Virus record (IMG/VR): IMGVR_UViG_3300002307_000070 | Coordinates: 1-50,601 of that record | From: a virus | Lineage: Duplodnaviria; Caudoviricetes | Length of the DNA stretch: 50,601 nt | Strand: one strand, 5' to 3' | Part shown: piece after piece, positions 48,922-50,601 of the stretch | How positions within the stretch are numbered: position 1 is the stretch's first letter | How the letters are laid out: each line of letters opens with the position of its first letter | Made by a program: the position numbers and the translations under genes | The notes under the pieces: model-generated | What the model was told of the DNA's origin: nothing | The model's input: the letters and a program-made list of their open reading frames with translations, nothing else | Database searches by the model: none

Positions 48922-49160
48922 CGGAATTCACAATGACCGTTGAAGAACTTCTTGATAAAATGCGAACTCCAAACGGTTGGTTCCGTGAGGCCGATGCCTA
49001 TGAAAAGCGTCAGCGTTACATCATGGAACAGATACAGAAACAGTTTCCGGGTAATTATAAACTTGAAGAATATTATAACCCTGATAAAATGTGCTTTAAG
49101 TACCGCTTAAAGTTTGAATCCGAAGCAGAAGAAATGTGGTTTAAGTTGAAATGGTCATGA
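48915..49160 (+). CDS. mini-gene array member 1
   Basis: Ends FESEAEEMWFKLKWS. Confidence 0.65.
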   Translation: MLTEFTMTVEELLDKMRTPNGWFREADAYEKRQRYIMEQIQKQFPGNYKLEEYYNPDKMCFKYRLKFESEAEEMWFKLKWS

Positions 49161-49573
49161 ATATTATTTCCTCTCTTAAGCAGCGATATAAGGGATACAA
49201 AGAAAAAAGGTTTCTAGAAACGCATGGTTGTAAAACCTGGCGTGAGTATGAGCGCAGATATGATAGTGATGTAGGACCTATGGCAAGATGGGCCCACACA
49301 TACTATCATGGATATCCGCATTTATTCTCACTCGAACCAACTGATCGGCTCTACTCAGGTATGACCAAATTAATTCCATACCATTATCAAAGTGACAAGA
49401 TGGTAGAATGGTGTGAAAAGAATTGTACGGGTAAGTGGCGCAATGATTGGCATCGCGGCAGTTATGACACTCAAGATAACTTTGAGTTAGATGGTATACT
49501 TGGCGAAGATATTATGTTTTTTGCTTTCAAAGAAGAAAGTGATTACGCCTGGTTCATGTTGAGGTGGTCATGA
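49157..49573 (+). CDS. mini-gene array member 2
   Basis: ATGA overlap; ends FKEESDYAWFMLRWS. Confidence 0.7.
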   Translation: MNIISSLKQRYKGYKEKRFLETHGCKTWREYERRYDSDVGPMARWAHTYYHGYPHLFSLEPTDRLYSGMTKLIPYHYQSDKMVEWCEKNCTGKWRNDWHRGSYDTQDNFELDGILGEDIMFFAFKEESDYAWFMLRWS

Positions 49574-49758
49574 GCATAGACATTGAGGTACCCTTTAAAA
49601 CACTGATAGAAGCAGGGGAATGGTTAGACCAGGAAATGCCCAATCCCCCACTACCTGACACACAAAGATGGTCTATAGGGCATAGCGAAGACGGTCGATA
49701 TGGCATAAGATTTCAAAGCGAAGAAGATGCCTTTTGGTTTAAGTTGAGGTGGAATTGA
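49570..49758 (+). CDS. mini-gene array member 3
   Basis: ATGA overlap; ends FQSEEDAFWFKLRWN. Confidence 0.7.
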   Translation: MSIDIEVPFKTLIEAGEWLDQEMPNPPLPDTQRWSIGHSEDGRYGIRFQSEEDAFWFKLRWN

Positions 49759-49994
49759 ACTATTATGACTATGATCGTGGATGGGAACAAACCAATCCAG
49801 GGTGGTATGAAATAATATTACATCGTGACGATCCTAGAATATCTGTAACTACTATGGAAGATTGTATTTGTTGGATAACAGCTAATATAGGCAAATGGCA
49901 AAAACATTGTAGATGGTGCTATGGTGGTAACGATTTATATTTTAAATTTAGATATGAACGAGACTATCTTTGGTTTAAGTTGAGGTGGATGTGA
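49755..49994 (+). CDS. mini-gene array member 4
   Basis: TTGA overlap; ends FRYERDYLWFKLRWM. Confidence 0.7.
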   Translation: MNYYDYDRGWEQTNPGWYEIILHRDDPRISVTTMEDCICWITANIGKWQKHCRWCYGGNDLYFKFRYERDYLWFKLRWM

Positions 49995-50287
49995 GTAGTA
50001 ACCGACATTTAGAGCTTATAGAAGCAATGAAGAAACAAACTGAGGAGCGTCTTACATGGCCTCCTGAAAAGTTGCGCGAATGGTTGCGTAAAATTCATGG
50101 ACCAGAGGTGCGTGAACTTGAGGGTGAGGAGGCAGACCAAATGTTAATCGTCCTCAAGTTAGTAGGTCATTATACTGACTCTAACAATCAAAGAACCCAC
50201 ACATATTTTTACAACCATAACAATAAACAATACAGAGTAACATATGGTCTATATGCTTATCCATTAGTAGAAGAAGTATTTAAATGA
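49991..50287 (+). CDS. hypothetical protein
   Basis: GTGA overlap, using the GAGGTG SD inside the last repeat. Confidence 0.6.
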   Translation: MSSNRHLELIEAMKKQTEERLTWPPEKLREWLRKIHGPEVRELEGEEADQMLIVLKLVGHYTDSNNQRTHTYFYNHNNKQYRVTYGLYAYPLVEEVFK

Positions 50288-50493
50288 AACTAGACTTACA
50301 TGGCATAAAACATGAAGATGTGGACATGCTTTTGGAAAACTTTGTTTTATTGAATCAGGATAAATTTCCCTTGACAATTATTTGTGGAAATAGTATAAAG
50401 ATGGTAAATATAGTAAAAGCCGTGCTAGATAGAGTAGGATGCAGATACGACATGTATAGATTTGGCATCATAACCATTGGCGGGTTTTTATAA
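50284..50493 (+). CDS. Smr-domain-like small protein
   Basis: KLDLHG ... TIICGNS. Confidence 0.6.
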   Translation: MKLDLHGIKHEDVDMLLENFVLLNQDKFPLTIICGNSIKMVNIVKAVLDRVGCRYDMYRFGIITIGGFL

Positions 50494-50548
50494 GTGGTCT
50501 ATGACACTCATTCCCACTATAAACATTCTGCGTGTCATCTTAAAGGAG
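50493..50548 (+). ncRNA. candidate cis-regulatory pseudoknot, preQ1-I riboswitch-like
   Basis: P1 AGTGG(50493-97)/CCACT(50514-18) followed by ATAAA; loop ATGACAC(50501-07) pairs with GTGTCAT(50532-38); SD at 50543. Confidence 0.5.
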
Positions 50549-50555
50549 AATAAAG

Positions 50556-50601
50556 ATGACAAATGAACCTGTAGTTTACAAATATACTTCAACAAAAGAA
50601 T
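50556..50601 (+). CDS. 5' end of a probable QueD/PTPS (truncated by window)
   Basis: AAGGAG SD; MTNEPVVYKYTSTKE resembles phage QueD N-termini (YxSTK); only 15 codons visible. Confidence 0.45.
   Translation, partial: MTNEPVVYKYTSTKE

Larger units (their letters stand above)
49137..49994 (+). repeat. four copies of a 24-bp gene-junction repeat TGGTTYAWGTTGARRTGGNNNTGA
   Basis: Copies at 49137-49160, 49550-49573, 49735-49758, 49971-49994. Confidence 0.9.

Noticed and set aside
49137-49994. 24-bp repeats read as a CRISPR array
   Set aside because: Spacers are 161-389 bp, irregular and protein-coding; repeats are not palindromic; no cas genes
48915-50287. Diversity-generating retroelement or integron
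   Set aside because: No reverse transcriptase or integrase in the window, no adenine-specific TR/VR pair, no attC-like palindromes
1-50601. Stop-codon reassignment or alternative genetic code
   Set aside because: Known genes are full length under code 11 and coding density is high

Overview
A 50.6 kb, AT-rich, densely coding segment of a large T4-like tailed phage genome. No rRNA, tRNA or CRISPR array was found. The host is probably an alphaproteobacterium, inferred from an Omp25/Sphingomonad-style outer-membrane barrel gene and several apparently leaderless late genes. Order: (1) 1-5 kb: GH19 endolysin and Ig-repeat virion proteins. (2) 5-16 kb: DnaE-like fragment, GroES, clamp loader, PhoH, DnaJ, ClpA. 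(3) 16-38 kb: a late-promoter (TAAATA) block of modular proteins with capsid-targeting-like N-termini and recurring hydrophobic-x-E junctions, which look like head-protease-processed polyproteins. They carry amidoligase, gamma-glutamylcyclotransferase, methyltransferase-like, SleB hydrolase and ParB-like modules. The block also holds Dps, an HNH endonuclease and two probable pseudo-enzymes (class III cyclase, GATase). (4) 38-42 kb: DsbA-like protein, family B polymerase, sliding clamp. (5) 42-50.6 kb: a 7-deazaguanine DNA-modification cluster (DpdA/TGT-like, HRH-type QueD paralogue, GT-B glycosyltransferase, GuaC, FolE, start of a probable QueD), plus a tandem array of paralogous mini-genes joined by a conserved 24-bp junction. 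Most notable: a preQ1-I-riboswitch-like pseudoknot just upstream of the probable queD, the glycosyltransferase inside the deazaguanine cluster, the polyprotein cargo block, the mini-gene array, and a late-gene grammar of TAAATA-N5-ATG starts and RBS-occluding hairpins. All family assignments come from motif recognition; no database search was run.
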